Position numbers and translations under genes: made by a program. A DNA stretch of 26,509 nucleotides from a virus (Duplodnaviria > Caudoviricetes), in the IMG/VR virus record IMGVR_UViG_3300016722_000010, positions 1 through 26,509 of that record. One strand, written 5' to 3'. The first letter of the stretch is position 1; each line of letters begins with the position of its first letter. Shown here piece after piece: positions 23,393 to 26,509 of this stretch. Below the pieces are notes generated by a model. The model was not told the origin of the DNA. It saw nothing but the letters and a program-made list of their open reading frames with translations, and searched no databases.

Positions 23393-23565
23393 TTGCGACG
23401 GCGCTAACGATCGGGATTGGCAAACGTGAGCTGATGGATGATTACTATCCCGGAGAAATCGCGGCAGTAATCAACGAATGGAATCAGTTACACGGGAATG
23501 GGGCGGATGAGCCCATGGAAGTATCGCCCGAGGAATTCCTCGGTAGCGGAGGTGAGATCCTGTGA
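23311..23565 (+). CDS. -1 frameshift extension of the tail chaperone (gpGT-like; full product 22943..23565)
   Basis: A_AAT_TTT at 23311-23317 is in X_XXY_YYZ phase; the -1 frame is open to TGA 23563-23565 (...EKWVQRLIATALTIGIGKRELMDDYYPGEIAAVINEWN...). Confidence 0.8.
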   Translation, partial: KFFTGGEPIGENDQSPRRDPEKWVQRLIATALTIGIGKRELMDDYYPGEIAAVINEWNQLHGNGADEPMEVSPEEFLGSGGEIL

Positions 23566-26509
23566 CCATAGAGGAACTGGCTATTGTAATATCGGGCTCG
23601 GCAGATGAAGCCCTTGCGACGCTTGATACGGTAATCGCCAAAATCCAGCAGTTGGAAGGCCTTAGTACAGGTACCTCCGTTACGCCCACGGTAAACGCCG
23701 CGCCTGCCACGGCTGCGCTGACGGAGCTCAACACCGCTGCAGCCACCATGAGCACAGGGATCGGGCAGGCGATTACACAGACGGCTACTGCTGCTGAACT
23801 GGCAGCGCCGGTACTAAAAGCAGCTGTGGATGTTACCGAGCCCGCGAAGGCGAGCGTTGTTGCGGTGGAGGCTGTAGGCAATGCCGCCTTAAAAACCGGT
23901 GAAGCGCTGACGAAGGGGGCTGGCGCGGGGGAAATTGCTCTCGGGGCGCTGAAAAAGACGGCCTCCAGCTTCGCCGGGAACCTGTTGCAGGGGCTTGTGA
24001 CCGGCGGGACAACGGCGCTCATGACGTTCGCCATAAGTGGCGTGACCGCGCTGGTCGACGCGCTGGTACATGCCAGAGAAAACGCGGAGAAAGCCGCCGC
24101 CGCCCTGCGCAAGCAGCATCAGGAAGAAGCCGACGCGCTGGAAAAAGAGCGCGCCGGACTGGACGATCTGGCGGACCAGTACGCGGTGCTTGCCGGGAAA
24201 ACCAACCGGACGCTGGATGAAACCGCCCAGATGTACACTATCCAGTCCCAGCTACGGGAGCAGTACGGGATTACTGCTTCCACCGTGCAGGGCCTTACCG
24301 GGAATTACACCAGCCTTGCAGAGGCTATCAAGGCTGCCAAAGAAGCGCAAGCGGCGCAGAGCTCCGACGCGCTGGCGAAGGTATCCGCCGATGCGGAAGG
24401 CGTTGCCTATAACAAAAGCAGCGCGATTTTCACACAGATTTCCGATCAGAAAGCCTATATGGAGCAGGCGCTTTCTGACATGTCGCTTTCCGGAGCTGAA
24501 CGCACTGAAACACAAAAGGCCTATACCGCAAGAATCGCTGAACTTGAAAATCAACTTTCAGCGACGATTGACGATTACTCGGCCTTTTTTGCGGCAAAGT
24601 TGGAAGAAACCGGCGCCAAAACAAAAGCCATAGGTGGGCAATGGAACGATCAAATGGCGCTGGTTTTAGGCGCGGCCTTCTCGATTGACCCATCCAAGTA
24701 CGCAGATCAGGAAGCGCTTAGCAACGCGGTATATACCGCCCTGAACGGGGCAATCACGGCCCTGCAAAGCCCGGAGGCCGAAACGGCGCTTGCAGCCGCG
24801 CAGGACTTCCACGCTAACATCAGCAGTGGGTTAGTACCTACGGAAGATGATTATAACAAGGTTGCCGATGATTATGCTACCCTGCGCGATATTATCGCCA
24901 AGGCGCTTAGCGCAATTGCCGGGTCGAAGGTGGACGCAAACGCCGATCAAGTAACCGAAATGCTTGTGAATCTGGGGCTTGGCGCGGAATCCACGGCGAA
25001 AAGCTGGGAAGATATGACCCAGATATTGAAGGATAACAGCCTTGCGGATGCCAAAAAACAATCCGACGCGCTGACCAAGAGCGCAAACAGCCTGAATGAC
25101 GAGATTAAGTCCCGTACGGCGGTGCTAAACCATGTAAAAGACTGGAAGGATGCGGCCGCTGCGTACAAGGAAGCAACCACAAGCGGAAAGGACGCTTCGC
25201 GTTCACTGGAACAAATGCGAGCCGCCGCTAATGCGTTAGGGTTTGCTTTTGACGGGAGCCAAGAAAGCATTGACCGGGTAAACAAGGGCATCGAAACTAT
25301 GGGGCCTGTGCTTCAACAGCAGGCCGCAAATATGGAAGCCGACCTTGCTAACCTGGAACAGCAGTGGCGTGATCTGGGCGACAACGCTTACGTCAACGGG
25401 GTGCTTACGGCGGACGCCACAGACATTTTAAGCAAAATCAACGTTGTTCGGCTGGCTCTTGAGGGGCTACGGGCACTGTTGAGTTTGCTGGGCTTTGGAG
25501 CCGGGGATACCTCTACGAGTAAAAAGAAGTCCTCTAGTGGAGGGGGTAGTAAAACACCAACAACCTACACGTCAACCGGAGACACCGCCTATGAAAAGGC
25601 CATTGCATCCCTCGAACATCTCAAGGCGCTGGATAAGGAAACGCTTGACGCGGAACTTACCTACCTGCAAAACATCAATGCGCAGGCGAAAAAGTACAAC
25701 CTGTCTACGGCTGAACGACTGGACTTGGAAGAGCGCATCTACGATGTGAAGAAGTCCATCGCCGCGCGTGACGCCGACAGCGTGGATACGCTGGCCAACG
25801 GAATCATATCCGCCCTGCAGGAGCGTTACGAGAGCATGCAGGATACGGAGCTGACCGCGCTGGACGAAAGCCGCAAGCACTGGGAGGACTGGCGAGACGG
25901 AAACGTGGCGGCCATCCAGAGCCAGATTGACAAGCTGGACGAGCTGACCGATTCGGAAGACCGGGAAGCCGACAAAGCCGACGCGCTGCGCAAGATCGCT
26001 AAACTACAGGAGAGCCTGACCTATGAACAGGATGCGTACAGCCGGGCGAAAATTCAGCAACAGCTGACCGCCGCGCAGGAAGCCTACGATAAGCTGTTGA
26101 CTAAGTTCAGCCGGGAGGATCAGAAGGCGGCGCTGGAAAAGCAGATTACCGCCATTGAGGACTTCACCGACGCGCAACTTGCGGCGCTCGATGACCAGCA
26201 GGCACAGGTGGAGGCAGCCTACGCGGAACGGCTGAAAACCGCCGCGCTGGAAGCCGAAGCCGAAAAGGTGCTGATGAACAGCACCCAACAGCAGATCATC
26301 GACCTGATCACCGCCTATGCCCCGGATTACAACGCCACCGGGCAGACGCTGGGCGAGCAACTGTACAAAGGTTTTCTTGCGCAGGTGGGTAACATTGACA
26401 CCTGGGTGAAGAAATTCAACGAAAGCATTGAAGCGGTGCAAGCCAAACTCGCGGCAACGATGCAACAAGCATCGGATGAATTCAGCGCAACGCAAGCAGC
26501 GAATAATAT
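23562..26509 (+). CDS. Tail tape measure protein, 3'-truncated by the window edge (absent from the ORF track)
   Basis: GGAGGTGA RBS, GTG 23562 (MTIEELAIVISGSADEALATLD...); Ala-rich helical/coiled-coil frame runs to the window end; hydrophobic segment LMTFAISGVTALVDALV. Confidence 0.92.
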   Translation, partial: MTIEELAIVISGSADEALATLDTVIAKIQQLEGLSTGTSVTPTVNAAPATAALTELNTAAATMSTGIGQAITQTATAAELAAPVLKAAVDVTEPAKASVVAVEAVGNAALKTGEALTKGAGAGEIALGALKKTASSFAGNLLQGLVTGGTTALMTFAISGVTALVDALVHARENAEKAAAALRKQHQEEADALEKERAGLDDLADQYAVLAGKTNRTLDETAQMYTIQSQLREQYGITASTVQGLTGNYTSLAEAIKAAKEAQAAQSSDALAKVSADAEGVAYNKSSAIFTQISDQKAYMEQALSDMSLSGAERTETQKAYTARIAELENQLSATIDDYSAFFAAKLEETGAKTKAIGGQWNDQMALVLGAAFSIDPSKYADQEALSNAVYTALNGAITALQSPEAETALAAAQDFHANISSGLVPTEDDYNKVADDYATLRDIIAKALSAIAGSKVDANADQVTEMLVNLGLGAESTAKSWEDMTQILKDNSLADAKKQSDALTKSANSLNDEIKSRTAVLNHVKDWKDAAAAYKEATTSGKDASRSLEQMRAAANALGFAFDGSQESIDRVNKGIETMGPVLQQQAANMEADLANLEQQWRDLGDNAYVNGVLTADATDILSKINVVRLALEGLRALLSLLGFGAGDTSTSKKKSSSGGGSKTPTTYTSTGDTAYEKAIASLEHLKALDKETLDAELTYLQNINAQAKKYNLSTAERLDLEERIYDVKKSIAARDADSVDTLANGIISALQERYESMQDTELTALDESRKHWEDWRDGNVAAIQSQIDKLDELTDSEDREADKADALRKIAKLQESLTYEQDAYSRAKIQQQLTAAQEAYDKLLTKFSREDQKAALEKQITAIEDFTDAQLAALDDQQAQVEAAYAERLKTAALEAEAEKVLMNSTQQQIIDLITAYAPDYNATGQTLGEQLYKGFLAQVGNIDTWVKKFNESIEAVQAKLAATMQQASDEFSATQAANN

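Larger units (their letters stand above)
1..26509 (+). mobile_element. Temperate siphovirus/prophage segment (replication, packaging, head and tail modules); extends beyond both window edges
   Basis: Unbroken co-oriented phage gene order: recombination/replication, RusA, late activator, terS, terL, portal, MuF, scaffold, capsid, head-tail genes, tail tube, chaperone, tape measure. No host housekeeping genes seen. Confidence 0.97.

Noticed and set aside
23471-26495. ORF-track entries in the tape measure region (23471..24112 -, 24070..24633 +, 26004..26495 - and others)
   Set aside because: Alternative-frame or antisense shadows of the tape measure gene, which the track omits because it has no stop inside the window.
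1-26509. Integrase/att sites, lysis genes, tRNAs, diversity-generating retroelement, introns/inteins, stop-codon recoding
   Set aside because: None seen. Terminase, helicase and primase are uninterrupted and of ordinary length, there is no reverse transcriptase, and TAA, TAG and TGA all end genes normally.

Overview
The whole window is one co-oriented (+ strand) segment of a temperate, SPP1-like siphovirus or prophage, probably from a Clostridia/Firmicutes host (inferred from AbrB, GGAGG ribosome-binding sites and sigmaA-type promoters). It opens with a replication/recombination module: AbrB, a shortened beta-clamp-like protein, an SMC-like ATPase, a Sak4-like ATPase, a DUF669 SSB-like protein, an SF2 helicase, a C5 DNA methyltransferase and a primase-helicase. 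Next come a repeat-rich putative origin, RusA, a cluster of small accessory ORFs (HNH, RKKPV/PGDYG-like, Lar-like) and an ArpU/RinA-like activator with its late promoter. The rest is the packaging, head and tail operon, ending inside the tape measure gene. Most notable: (1) a MuF minor head protein with a C-terminal DUF6883-like putative toxin, followed by an unannotated 56-aa candidate immunity gene that has its own predicted promoter and terminator; (2) an internally deleted 'mini beta-clamp' that keeps the peptide-pocket motifs, next to a helicase starting with a clamp-binding-like motif; (3) short motifs shared between replication proteins; (4) a 44-bp-periodic origin with a long hairpin; (5) a canonical -1 frameshift in the tail chaperone; (6) a tandem-duplicated pair of capsid accessory genes. 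All family assignments are from motif recognition by eye, not from database searches.
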